Shown here: piece by piece, positions 1 to 7,900 of the stretch
Layout of the letters: every line of letters starts with the position of its first letter
How positions within the stretch are numbered: position 1 is the first letter of the stretch
From: Polyangiaceae bacterium
GTDB taxonomy: Bacteria > Myxococcota_A > Polyangia > Polyangiales > Polyangiaceae
NCBI GenBank assembly: GCA_025936115.1
Contig: JAICTZ010000038.1
Coordinates: forward strand, 1,975 to 65,974
DNA length: 64,000 nt
Direction of reading: 5' to 3'
The notes under the pieces: model-generated
Database searches by the model: none
What the model was told of the DNA's origin: nothing
Seen by the model: only the letters and a program-made list of their open reading frames with translations
Translations under genes and position numbers: made by a program

Positions 1-83
1 TCTTCTGCCGGTATGTACGCTCGAAACATGTCCGGACGGTACGCACGGCGGGGGAGGTGCGCAAGGTGACGTGGCGGGGAAGG

Positions 84-130
84 GTGGGCGGGACAGGGGT
101 CGAACCTGCGACATCCGGTATGTAAAACCA
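84..130 (-). repeat. att-site direct repeat: displaced copy of the 3' part of tRNA-Val (not a functional tRNA)
   Basis: 47/47 nt identical to 11850..11896 (gtgggcgggacaggggtcgaacctgcgacatccggtatgtaaaacca). Flanking bases differ on both sides (g83/a11849, a131/g11897). The tRNA 5' half is missing. Confidence 0.9.
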
Positions 131-246
131 ATTTTCGGCTTTCTCCAGATCGGCAGGAACCCGCGACGAAACGCGCGATCGAGCTGAAATCTTGCTCATT
201 TGGCTCGATTGCGTTTCCGGCACGGCTACGCGTACTATGCCACGCC

Positions 247-1611
247 ATGCCGGCGAAGAGTAGCGGCAAAAGTAGCGGCAACGATTCGGGCCAGGTAGCG
301 GCGAAAGCCGGCCGACCGCGCCGCCATCGAACGCGCCATCCCGGGGTCGTACTCATCCCGCCTCGCGGCCGGGATTGGTGGCGCGCAAGGTACCGAGACC
401 CCGATTCGGGACGGCTCCGCTGGGAAACCCTGGAGCACATTCTAACGACCGCCGAGCAGCGCGAGCAGTGGGCGCGCCGCAAGAGCGAAGCCCTTGCAAA
501 GCGGCGCTTGGAGCTCGACGGCGGGGCGCCTCGGACGACGGGCACAACGCTCGAGGCTGCCGTCGGCCGCTACTACGAGCACCACCCGCACCTTCGTCCG
601 GCGACCGTCGCAACGTACAAGGCGGCGACGGATAAGCTCATCGACTGGGCCAAGCGCGTGCGCCTCCAGAGCGCCGACGATCTGACGGCGCCGCAACTGC
701 TCGCGTTCCGCGCCGAGCTCGTCGGCGTCACCAAGCGAGTGCGCGTCAAGGGCAAGCGAGGTGCCAATGCGCCGAGTGAGAAGAAGCGATCGGCTTGGTC
801 GGCGAACCGTGAGCTAGCGGCAGTCAGCACCGCACTCACGTATTGTCGGCGGCTCGGCCTGCTGCCGCGACTCACCGGCGACGGCATCAAAGACGGCCTC
901 AAGAAGCTCCGCGTCGATCGCAAGAAAATCGACTTCCGTGAGCCGCGCGAGCTACAGAAATTCTTGGAGGCCGCGCTTCGGCACGACGCCGACGTGTTCA
1001 AGCTCACGCGCGCGGGCGACACGGACGCGCCCCGCTACAAGCCGGCGGCTCCGGTGTGGGTGACAGCGATGCTGAGCGGTATGCGGGCAGGGGAGCTGCT
1101 CGGGCTCACGTGGGATCGTGTGAAGCTTGCCGACGAGGGAAAGCTCGAAGTCACTTCGGAGAGCAAGACGCACCACGCGCGCGATGTGACGCTTGAGGTG
1201 TGCCCGGCGTTGAAACGCCTGCTCACGGCGATGCATCTCGCGCGAGGACGCCCCAACGACGGCAGCGTGTTTGACCTCACGAAAGGCGAGGCGAAGGCGG
1301 CCGAGCGTCGGCTCGTCGCCGATTACGGCGCGCCGAAAAAGTGCAATCTCCAGGCGATGCGCCGCACGTGCGGCACCTTCTTGACCAACGCGCCGTCGAT
1401 CTTTGGCGCTGCGAGCGCGTATCGCTCAGCGAAGCAGCTCGGGCACTCCGTCAAGGTGGCGGAGGATCACTATCTCGGCGTCGTGCGCGTGTCGCCGGAG
1501 GCACGCACGATCGAGGCCGCGATGCAGATAGATAAACAAGTGGCAGCCGTGATCGACTCGGTCAGCTCTGCCGCTCCGCGAGATAGGCGAGCAAGCTCTC
1601 GCGCGGAATGA
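247..1611 (+). CDS. int: Tyrosine recombinase / phage-type integrase
   Basis: 454-aa ORF next to the att repeat. The C-terminal catalytic region shows TGMRAGELLGL (Arg box), HHARDVTL, RRTCGTFL and LGHSVKVAEDHYL (His/Tyr box), typical of tyrosine integrases. Confidence 0.9.
   Translation: MPAKSSGKSSGNDSGQVAAKAGRPRRHRTRHPGVVLIPPRGRDWWRARYRDPDSGRLRWETLEHILTTAEQREQWARRKSEALAKRRLELDGGAPRTTGTTLEAAVGRYYEHHPHLRPATVATYKAATDKLIDWAKRVRLQSADDLTAPQLLAFRAELVGVTKRVRVKGKRGANAPSEKKRSAWSANRELAAVSTALTYCRRLGLLPRLTGDGIKDGLKKLRVDRKKIDFREPRELQKFLEAALRHDADVFKLTRAGDTDAPRYKPAAPVWVTAMLSGMRAGELLGLTWDRVKLADEGKLEVTSESKTHHARDVTLEVCPALKRLLTAMHLARGRPNDGSVFDLTKGEAKAAERRLVADYGAPKKCNLQAMRRTCGTFLTNAPSIFGAASAYRSAKQLGHSVKVAEDHYLGVVRVSPEARTIEAAMQIDKQVAAVIDSVSSAAPRDRRASSRAE
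260..303 (+). promoter_or_regulatory. Three direct copies of GTAGCGGCR, candidate integrase arm-type sites (left end)
   Basis: gtagcggca at 260..268 and 272..280, gtagcggcg at 295..303. The same 9-mer recurs three times at the other end of the element (11783..11824). The copies lie inside the first codons of int. Confidence 0.4.
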
Positions 1612-1945
1612 GGACGCGGCTCGATCCGCCTTTCACGCGCCGCACTGACTTGAGCTCGCCCGTCGCCACGAGCCGGCGGATCTGCCGATCGGAGCAGCGG
1701 AGCAGCGCGCGGGCTTCGGCGAGCGTTACGAGAGCGCGAAGGCCGCCCATTGCCGCCTCATCCGCCACGGTCGCGTTAGCGAGCGCGTCGGCGACGGCAG
1801 CCTTCACGAGCTCGGCGAGCGCCGGCTCCGGTGGGCCGTACTCAGCGAGCAGCCAATCGATTGTAGCGGTGACTGCCTCGCCGTCGATCCAGCCTGTCGG
1901 CGCGCTCCACGTCGGGCGCCATTGCGCACGTGCTGTCGAGCTCAT
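1562..1945 (-). CDS. Excisionase-like helix-turn-helix DNA-binding protein
   Basis: 127 aa from the internal ATG of the over-long 1562..2800 ORF. The C-terminus LVTLAEARALLRCSDRQIRRLVATGELKSVRRVKGGSSRVLIPRESLLAYL matches the MerR/excisionase-type HTH pattern. Its ATG overlaps the upstream stop (ATGA at 1942..1945). Confidence 0.65.
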   Translation of the reverse strand: MSSTARAQWRPTWSAPTGWIDGEAVTATIDWLLAEYGPPEPALAELVKAAVADALANATVADEAAMGGLRALVTLAEARALLRCSDRQIRRLVATGELKSVRRVKGGSSRVLIPRESLLAYLAERQS

Positions 1946-2901
1946 GACACCGCGCCCCCGGCCAGCGGTGAGCGAAGCGAACCGCGATGGCCGGAGTAGC
2001 TCGCGATCGAGCGCCGCCATTGTCGCGCCGTGCGAATCGCGTCGCAGTGCCCGTGTTTGCAGTGAATCGCGCCGCTGCCGCAGTAGTCGCGCGGCGCGTA
2101 GTAGATCGTGCTGCCGTCGCCCGGCGTGCCAGTGGTGTGAGCCAGATCGCGCGGACAAATGATCCGCAGGGAGCCCGGCGCGGGGCCCGGGCCGACGACG
2201 AGGCCCGCGCTTCGTAGCGCTTCGAGCAGTGGCGGCGGAGTCATGCACTGCTCTGGCCTGGCGCGCTCGCTCCGCTCGCGCTTGGCCAGGGGCGTAGAGG
2301 CAGCGCGCGGGGAGAGTTTCGCCGCCGGGGCTTCGGGGAGGTCGATGACGCCGATCGCGTGCAGGTCGCCCATCGTCGGCCACGCCTCGGGGGCGCCACC
2401 GTCGCGCGCCGCGTGCGGCAGCCGAAAGAGACGGGTCCAGTCGGCGCAGCTGCGATCGGGCTCGAGCCCGAACCGCATGAAGTCGTCGCACTTCGCGGCG
2501 TACCGCGCGCGCCACATGCGGGCGTCGAGCTCGGTGCCGATAGCGAACGGATCGAGCAGTTGCCCGACGATCCGAGCTCCCCCGCGCGTGAAGTAGATGA
2601 AGCACCCCGGCGCCGCCGCCGTCGCGCGCTCTGCGAATTGCGCGCGCCATGCCGGCGTGACCGGCGCATGCCCCGCGGTGTCGAAATCGAAAGCGATCGC
2701 GCGGAGCTCGATCGGCATGCGACCGATGTCGCCGCTCGTGAGCCGGCGGCGCCGGAATCGAGAGCTCGTCGCGAGCTGCGCATGCGCGTCGCTCGGCCAC
2801 GCTCGCTCGAGCGCGTCGCCGAGCGGCATCTGCTCACATTCGATCGTCGCAAGGCCGCCGCGCACGCGTGCATGATCCAGGCAAGTGACGAGCGGCGTCA
2901 T
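1942..2901 (-). CDS. Primase-polymerase (AEP)-like protein with C-terminal Cys/His cluster
   Basis: 319 aa from the ATG at 2901. It has an acidic IAFDFDTAGH motif (DxD-like), TRLFRLPH, and a C-terminal CPRDLAHTTG...YCGSGAIHCKHGHC zinc-finger-like cluster. It sits directly downstream of the helicase gene. The function is inferred. Confidence 0.5.
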   Translation of the reverse strand: MTPLVTCLDHARVRGGLATIECEQMPLGDALERAWPSDAHAQLATSSRFRRRRLTSGDIGRMPIELRAIAFDFDTAGHAPVTPAWRAQFAERATAAAPGCFIYFTRGGARIVGQLLDPFAIGTELDARMWRARYAAKCDDFMRFGLEPDRSCADWTRLFRLPHAARDGGAPEAWPTMGDLHAIGVIDLPEAPAAKLSPRAASTPLAKRERSERARPEQCMTPPPLLEALRSAGLVVGPGPAPGSLRIICPRDLAHTTGTPGDGSTIYYAPRDYCGSGAIHCKHGHCDAIRTARQWRRSIASYSGHRGSLRSPLAGGAVS

Positions 2902-3092
2902 TTTGAAGCCTTCGAGCGCTTCGAGCGCTTCGGCTTCGGGTCCGCGCGCAGCTCTGTGGGCTCCTCCGCGCTCGTCAGCCAAGCTTCGGGCTCGCCTACG
3001 TCGCGCTCGTCGCCCTCGAACCGCTCGATACGGATCTTCGGCTCGGGGGGCTTGCGAGCTTTCGAGAGTTTCTTTTGCAGGCGCCGGGTCAT
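2898..3092 (-). CDS. Small basic hypothetical protein
   Basis: 64 aa (MTRRLQKKLSKARKPPEPK...). The start overlaps the helicase stop (ATGA 3089..3092) and the stop overlaps the primase start (ATGA 2898..2901). Confidence 0.4.
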   Translation of the reverse strand: MTRRLQKKLSKARKPPEPKIRIERFEGDERDVGEPEAWLTSAEEPTELRADPKPKRSKRSKASK

Positions 3093-4624
3093 GCTGCCGC
3101 CTCGACGGCTTGGGCGACCCGCCAACGCGCACCCAGATTCGATTTTCCGGCCATCGTAATGCGCAGGCGGTGCTGCGCGCTGGAGATGATTCGATCGCGG
3201 TGCTTCTTGAGCAGCGCACCGACCTTGCGCACTTCGGGGCGCTCCGTTTCCGGCACTTGGCAGGCCGCTCCGAGCGCGCGCATCAGCCGTTGAAACTTAG
3301 GATCGTCCTTCCGTGCGGAACATGCGCTGAGGAGGTCGTGCACGTCCATCACGCGATCGCCAAGCGCCTCGAACCAAGCCCCGAAGAGCTCTGACGCCTC
3401 GTCGAGCTCCGTCACCATCGTCTCGCGAAGCTCGTCTTGCGTCGTTACGGGATCTGCGGCCCCTGCCCAGATGAGCGGCGCGCGCACATGCTTCGACCAC
3501 TGCTCGAAGGATCCCATGCCGCGCATCTCTACGGAGGGCCGTCCCGCGCAGCTGTAGGCGCGGAAGATGGTAAGCGCCGCCGCCAGCAATGAAGAGCGGC
3601 TTGCACGTATGTGGTCGGTGAGGTGAGGGTGCTTGAACCCGGCGCGGAGCTCGGGCCGCTCCGTATCGGGCACAAGCCGGCAGTGCAACGAGCGACGTGC
3701 CAAATCGACGGTTATCTCGGCTCCGTTGCCCGTCAGAAAAAAGACCGCCGTCACGTCGGTCTCCACCATCTCTGTCGTGCGCATTCTTCGTCCGGCAAAC
3801 TTGCCGCTCGTCAGAACCGCTTCCAGCGCAGCCGATGCGACGCGGCCCCGCAGATTGTCGAAGAGCACGGCCGGCGCCGCCCCTGCGCAGATAGCGGTCA
3901 TCGTTCTTTGCCACTCGTCGTCTTGGGACGGCGCCGCCTGCGCTGGCGGTGCCTCGTTCAGCACGATCCGCGCGGCGCTGTTGGCGAGGAGCGTCTTGCC
4001 GCTTCCCGGCGCAGTAGCGTCGAAATAGAACGCGGGGACAGGCCCCGCGATCGCAGGGCGCGCGATCAACGTCAACACGGCCGCGATCCAAACGGCACGC
4101 TCGGCCGCGGAAGTGATCGGGAAGTCTGCGATCACGTCGAGGAGCACGCCGAGCGCGGCACGCGCGTCCGCTTGCGTGGGAGCACTTGGGAGGTCGATTT
4201 TAGGCAGGCCGGCCAAGAGGTAAGCCGTCTCTGCGTCGTACCCGTTCGTACAAACGATCGATCCATCCGAGCGCAGAATCGGCCAACTGGCGATCCCGCG
4301 CAGCGGTCGGATGTGTCGCCAGCTGCCGAGCTCGTGAAGCGAGTCTCTTAGTTGAGTGGGCGGGCTGGATTCTTGCTCATTCGCGCCGGGCCCCCACGTG
4401 AACCACTCGGCGCCGAGTTCGAGCTCATTGAATAGGAGCACGCGCGGCAGCTCGCGCAGGCGCGGTTGCCCCGTTAGCTCAATGACGTTCTCGCGCTTCA
4501 CCGGTTCGCGCACGACGTGCACCAAGCGGCCGGCGCGCTGATATACCTCGCGTAACGCCAGAGCCTTGCACGCCTCTTCTATCTGCTGGTCGATCGCGTA
4601 GTCCGTGTTGATCTTCGGGGGCAT
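3089..4624 (-). CDS. SF3 / D5-P4-type replicative helicase (P-loop NTPase)
   Basis: 511 aa. It has Walker A ATAPGSGKT and a Walker-B-like AVLFDNL, with the overall layout of phage/plasmid primase-associated helicases. Confidence 0.7.
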   Translation of the reverse strand: MPPKINTDYAIDQQIEEACKALALREVYQRAGRLVHVVREPVKRENVIELTGQPRLRELPRVLLFNELELGAEWFTWGPGANEQESSPPTQLRDSLHELGSWRHIRPLRGIASWPILRSDGSIVCTNGYDAETAYLLAGLPKIDLPSAPTQADARAALGVLLDVIADFPITSAAERAVWIAAVLTLIARPAIAGPVPAFYFDATAPGSGKTLLANSAARIVLNEAPPAQAAPSQDDEWQRTMTAICAGAAPAVLFDNLRGRVASAALEAVLTSGKFAGRRMRTTEMVETDVTAVFFLTGNGAEITVDLARRSLHCRLVPDTERPELRAGFKHPHLTDHIRASRSSLLAAALTIFRAYSCAGRPSVEMRGMGSFEQWSKHVRAPLIWAGAADPVTTQDELRETMVTELDEASELFGAWFEALGDRVMDVHDLLSACSARKDDPKFQRLMRALGAACQVPETERPEVRKVGALLKKHRDRIISSAQHRLRITMAGKSNLGARWRVAQAVEAAA

Positions 4625-4633
4625 GTCGCGGCC

Positions 4634-4843
4634 TCACGCCTTTACGGCGGGCGTGCTCGCGACTGCGAGCGGCATCAGGCCTGCTGCTTGGGCGACGGCG
4701 ACGAGCCGCCGTCGCGGCTCAGTTCGCTCGAGCACGTGAAGGGGCTGGCCCGCCTGGAGCTCTTCGAGAAACGATTGCGCGACGCGCACGTCCACGCCGG
4801 CTTTGCTCGCTAGTTCGCGAGCCGAAACGCTGTCATTCATCAC
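4634..4843 (-). CDS. Small winged-helix/HTH-like protein, first gene of the leftward replication operon
   Basis: 69 aa. ARELASKAGVDVRVAQSFLEEL resembles an HTH. It ends 9 nt upstream of the helicase start. Confidence 0.45.
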   Translation of the reverse strand: MMNDSVSARELASKAGVDVRVAQSFLEELQAGQPLHVLERTEPRRRLVAVAQAAGLMPLAVASTPAVKA

Positions 4844-4885
4844 AACCTCGCACGCACTGTGTGTGCGGCTCTATCGAGCTTATGG

Positions 4886-5023
4886 CCCCCGGGACTGACC
4901 TCGGCTACTTTTCGGCCCCGCGGCCGGTGATTGAGGTGAATCACTCCTACATGTAGCGTTTGGGGAGCTTCTCAATTCGGTATTGGGGGAAGTGATTCAC
5001 CGTCAGTCACCGTCACCCCCGGG
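4886..5023. promoter_or_regulatory. Palindrome cluster upstream of the replication operon (operator and/or origin candidate)
   Basis: GTGAATCAC at 4936..4944 and GTGATTCAC at 4992..5000. There is a perfect 10-bp palindrome CTACATGTAG at 4947..4956. CCCCCGGG occurs at 4886..4893 and 5016..5023. This is an AT-richer 196-bp intergenic region. Confidence 0.35.
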
Positions 5024-5039
5024 TGCACGCACCCCATCG

Positions 5040-5273
5040 TTAGTCGTCCGACTCGGGGCAAGCCGGAACCGGTGGAGGCTCGGCATTGAGCGCCAGCCAG
5101 ATTTGAACGCCGACACCGACGGTCATAACGAGGGTAAGGATGGCGATCACGTAGGTCAGCACGATCAGGTGCTTCGTCTGCCGTGTGGTGGCCTCGTTGA
5201 ACTCCCTGATTGTCTCGTGCAAAGCCTTCGTCGCACCTGAGCCCGACCACTCATCTAGCGGGATTCCCGACAT
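5040..5273 (-). CDS. Small single-pass membrane protein
   Basis: 77 aa from the ATG at 5273 (an alternative start is 5309). The hydrophobic span is HLIVLTYVIAILTLVMTVGVGVQIWLAL. It is divergent from the XRE-like gene. Confidence 0.45.
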   Translation of the reverse strand: MSGIPLDEWSGSGATKALHETIREFNEATTRQTKHLIVLTYVIAILTLVMTVGVGVQIWLALNAEPPPVPACPESDD

Positions 5274-5401
5274 CAGAGTAGCGGACCACCCGGCGCGCGG
5301 GTCGCGCAAGTGTGCTCTCTCCCCGCCGCTGGAACAGTGTGGGGCACCTCAAGGCCGCAGGGCGTCGCGAGTCTCGCGCGGCAGTTGGGCCGATTTGCGG
5401 C

Positions 5402-5472
5402 TTTCCTGGAAAGCGCGGCATTTCGTAAGCGCCGCGCTGCGGGGCGCGCGCGAACGGGCGAGATTTCCAGGA
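5402..5472. promoter_or_regulatory. Two TTTCCWGGA half-palindromic sites upstream of the XRE-like gene (operator candidates)
   Basis: TTTCCTGGAAA at 5402..5412 (perfect palindrome) and TTTCCAGGA at 5464..5472, 62 bp apart, in the divergent intergenic region 5274..5528. Confidence 0.3.
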
Positions 5473-5528
5473 GAGCAGATCGTTTGCTCGGCAAAGCCGC
5501 CGGCTACGCGCTCTTGAGGATTTTCGCA

Positions 5529-5999
5529 ATGAACGATGCAACGCCCGACGACGTAGCAACCAAACCCGTGACGCTGGCAGCGAACGAGGGCGCGCGCTTG
5601 CTACGCCTCGCCGGCACGATCGATCACTGCGCCGCGGAGACGCAACTCTCGACGCGCTCGATCACGAGCTACCGCAACGGCGCCGTGCCCAACGACGCGG
5701 CAGCCGCGCGCCTCGCGGCCGCGCTCGGCATTCCTCGGAGCGCATGGCGGCAGCCGCCGACCGCGTACCGCGATCCGCCTTGGCTCCAAGACGCGCTCGA
5801 AGCGCTCACGGCGTACCCAGCGGCGACCTTCGCGCTGCTGAGGCACCTCATCGTGAAGGCCGGGGACGCGGCCGCACTCGCGCACTTCGACGCGAACGAG
5901 CTCCCGGGCGACGAGCGGACGCAGGCGCTACTGCGCGCCGCGCAGGAAGCCGAGCGCGCGCTGATACCGGCGGTATACGGCGACAGCACCCGCGCCTAA
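5529..5999 (+). CDS. XRE/cI-like HTH transcriptional regulator
   Basis: 156 aa from the internal ATG. ETQLSTRSITSYRNGAVPNDAAAARLAAALGIPRSAW fits the XRE-family HTH pattern. The upstream part of the 5310 ORF is Arg-rich junk. Confidence 0.55.
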   Translation: MNDATPDDVATKPVTLAANEGARLLRLAGTIDHCAAETQLSTRSITSYRNGAVPNDAAAARLAAALGIPRSAWRQPPTAYRDPPWLQDALEALTAYPAATFALLRHLIVKAGDAAALAHFDANELPGDERTQALLRAAQEAERALIPAVYGDSTRA

Positions 6000-6230
6000 G
6001 CCGCCGACACCGACCACCGCTCCGGCGCGATAGCAGAGGACGAGTGCCACCGAAGCGACGGTTGTGATGAGCGCGAGCACGACGACGACGCGCCAGCCGC
6101 CGGCCGGAAGCGTGCGCAGAACGGCGACGAGACCGCTCCAATGAGGCCCCGGCGCACCTACCGGTCCGCTTCGGGTTGCGTTGCTGTAACTGGACGGCTC
6201 GCGGTTCTCATGGTCATCTTCGTCCGCCAT
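5928..6230 (-). CDS. Small two-pass membrane protein
   Basis: 100 aa with two hydrophobic segments (WRVVVVLALITTVASVALVLCY and AVVGVGGLGAGAVAVY). GC3 is high by eye. Its 72-nt convergent overlap with 5529..5999 lowers confidence. Confidence 0.4.
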   Translation of the reverse strand: MADEDDHENREPSSYSNATRSGPVGAPGPHWSGLVAVLRTLPAGGWRVVVVLALITTVASVALVLCYRAGAVVGVGGLGAGAVAVYRRYQRALGFLRGAQ

Positions 6231-6732
6231 GCGGGCTCTCTTCCTATCGTGCTGATGGGACGGGTTTGCTGGGCGATGGTTCGGGGCTGGTTGCCGCCAG
6301 CCCCGGACCGACTAACTTCGCGTGGACGTGTAACCGGGCGAACGCCCCGGCGCTAGGAATCGGCAAGCCGTTCATAAATGGCACCGAAATCGCGGCTGGA
6401 GGCTGTAGCTGTGACGTTCAAAGTCACACCTGGCTTGACACCTGAGGTGGGCGACGACCGCGAGATGCCCACTTTGCGGCGGGGCCGCGTCTCCACCATC
6501 CGCTGCTTTCTAAGACGAGACTCATAGCTTGTCCCCAGGGCGGGCACCAAAATGAACGAAGCCCCGGCGACGCGGGGGAGCATCACCGGGGCGGGTTGAG
6601 GTTCGAAGAGGCTGTACGATCGCGTCTACCCTGTGGATAAACCCGTGTCAACGGGGAGACCCTCAACAGGCGCGACGAAGGCGCCCAACCAGACGCGCGC
6701 CGAGCTCCGCGAAAATCGTCTCGCAAACCGTT

Positions 6733-6760
6733 GCACCGCGCGGCGGTGCGCTGCGGTGCG
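6733..6760. promoter_or_regulatory. Palindrome plus direct repeat just upstream of the rightward operon
   Basis: GCACCGC-gcg-GCGGTGC palindrome at 6733..6749. The direct 8-mer gcggtgcg occurs at 6743..6750 and 6753..6760, about 20 nt before the ATG at 6777. Confidence 0.3.
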
Positions 6761-6776
6761 GGGTCACATTTTCAAT

Positions 6777-6944
6777 ATGGTCAATTCAAGCCTGCGCCTC
6801 GAACCAGAGTTGCGCGAAGCGTGTGAGGCGGTTGCGCGAGACCTCACCCGCCGTACCGGCGTAACCGTCGGCTGGACGCTCGTGCTGCGCCGTGCCGCGA
6901 GCTTCGGCTTGCCCTTCGTTCAGCGCGAAGCGGGCGGCAAATGA
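6777..6944 (+). CDS. Small ribbon-helix-helix-like protein (tentative)
   Basis: 55 aa (MVNSSLRLEPELREACEAVARDLTRRTGVTVGW...). It has a beta-strand then helix pattern like CopG/Arc. Its stop overlaps the next start (ATGA at 6941). Confidence 0.35.
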   Translation: MVNSSLRLEPELREACEAVARDLTRRTGVTVGWTLVLRRAASFGLPFVQREAGGK

Positions 6945-7234
6945 GCGCCGTCGGCTCGGTCGTCAGCGCCGAAATCGCGCAAGAGAAGACGCGCCGACTG
7001 GTCCACGCTGCCGCCGCGCGCGACACCCGCCAACGCGGCCACGCGCTCGCCGAAGGCGTCGAGTGCGCCGCGCGCCAAGCGCTCGAGCTCGGTCCCGTGC
7101 TTCGCGCCGCGGTTGCACGCCGCGCCGAGGATGCGCCCGATCGCGTGCGCCGAGAACACGACGCGCACTACTTTGCGGGCCCGCGCTTTACGTCGCGGGT
7201 CCGAGACGGCTTGCCCGTCGCGGTGAGCGAATGA
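6941..7234 (+). CDS. Hypothetical protein
   Basis: 97-aa ORF with ATGA start/stop overlaps at both ends (6941 and 7231). An antisense ORF (6920..7168) competes, and GC3 cannot separate the two. Confidence 0.3.
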   Translation: MSAVGSVVSAEIAQEKTRRLVHAAAARDTRQRGHALAEGVECAARQALELGPVLRAAVARRAEDAPDRVRREHDAHYFAGPRFTSRVRDGLPVAVSE

Positions 7235-7896
7235 ACCGCACCGAAGAATACATGCTCATCGGCAGCGTGCCGGGGCCTCGTTCCGATGCGTTTTGCATGG
7301 CTGCACGAAAAGCCTGGCACGCGGGCGAGTACCCCGATTTCCACGCAGCGCAGGTAGCGCTCGCGCCGCGATTCATCTCCGACGGCGGCCCGGCGACGCC
7401 GCCCGCGACACCATCGACCCCGAAAACTCCCCGCGCGGAGCCCGCGCCGAAAGAAGAAATGGCCGACGAACCCCAAGATCCGCGGATCGCGAAAATCATC
7501 AAGGCACTCCGAGCCGGCGATATCGACGCCGCGCGAGAGCTCTTCAAGAATCTCTCCGACACGAGCGACGCCGTGGCCGTCGTTGACGTGCTCCGGCAGG
7601 CGCTCAAAACGCAAGACGCCCTGCTGCGCGCGCTCGGCACCGGCGCGCACGCGAAGCCGATCGGCGAAGCCCAAGAGTTCGATCGCCTCATGGGCATCGC
7701 GGCGCCGCAGCCGCGCGGCGTGATCAACGACGGCGCGCTGCAAGTCTTCGGCGCCGCACCGCGAAACGAGCGGCTCGACGCGCACGAGCTCGACAAGCTC
7801 ATGCGCGTCGATCGCGCCGCCGGCACTGCGGGCGCAGCGAACAGAGGTCGGGTCGTCTTCAACGCTGCCGAAGGCATCCAGTATTTTGGAGTCTGA
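7231..7896 (+). CDS. Hypothetical protein (element-encoded)
   Basis: 221 aa from the internal ATG (MNRTEEYMLIGSVPGP...). It has a Pro/Thr-rich linker then a helical C-terminal part. No motif was recognised. Confidence 0.55.
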   Translation: MNRTEEYMLIGSVPGPRSDAFCMAARKAWHAGEYPDFHAAQVALAPRFISDGGPATPPATPSTPKTPRAEPAPKEEMADEPQDPRIAKIIKALRAGDIDAARELFKNLSDTSDAVAVVDVLRQALKTQDALLRALGTGAHAKPIGEAQEFDRLMGIAAPQPRGVINDGALQVFGAAPRNERLDAHELDKLMRVDRAAGTAGAANRGRVVFNAAEGIQYFGV

Positions 7897-7900
7897 CCAC

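Noticed and set aside
1562-2800. 412-aa ORF and the 425-aa ORF 1942..3219, each taken at full length.
   Set aside because: Their upstream portions are Arg-rich junk. Internal ATGs that overlap the preceding stop codons (ATGA) give sensible 127-aa and 319-aa proteins.
6353-6586. 77-aa leftward ORF in the central non-coding gap of the element.
   Set aside because: GC3 is only about 69% by my count. The composition is odd, and there is no ribosome-binding site or coupling. It is more likely part of the divergent regulatory region. It is not excluded, just unsupported.
6585-6615. T-loop-like GGTTCGAAG suggesting a second tRNA or tRNA fragment.
   Set aside because: The flanking bases cannot form a T stem, and no acceptor or anticodon arm is present.
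6920-7168. 82-aa leftward ORF competing with 6941..7234.
   Set aside because: The two share codon position 2, and their GC1/GC3 are indistinguishable by eye. I preferred the rightward ORF only because of its ATGA coupling at both ends. This remains uncertain.
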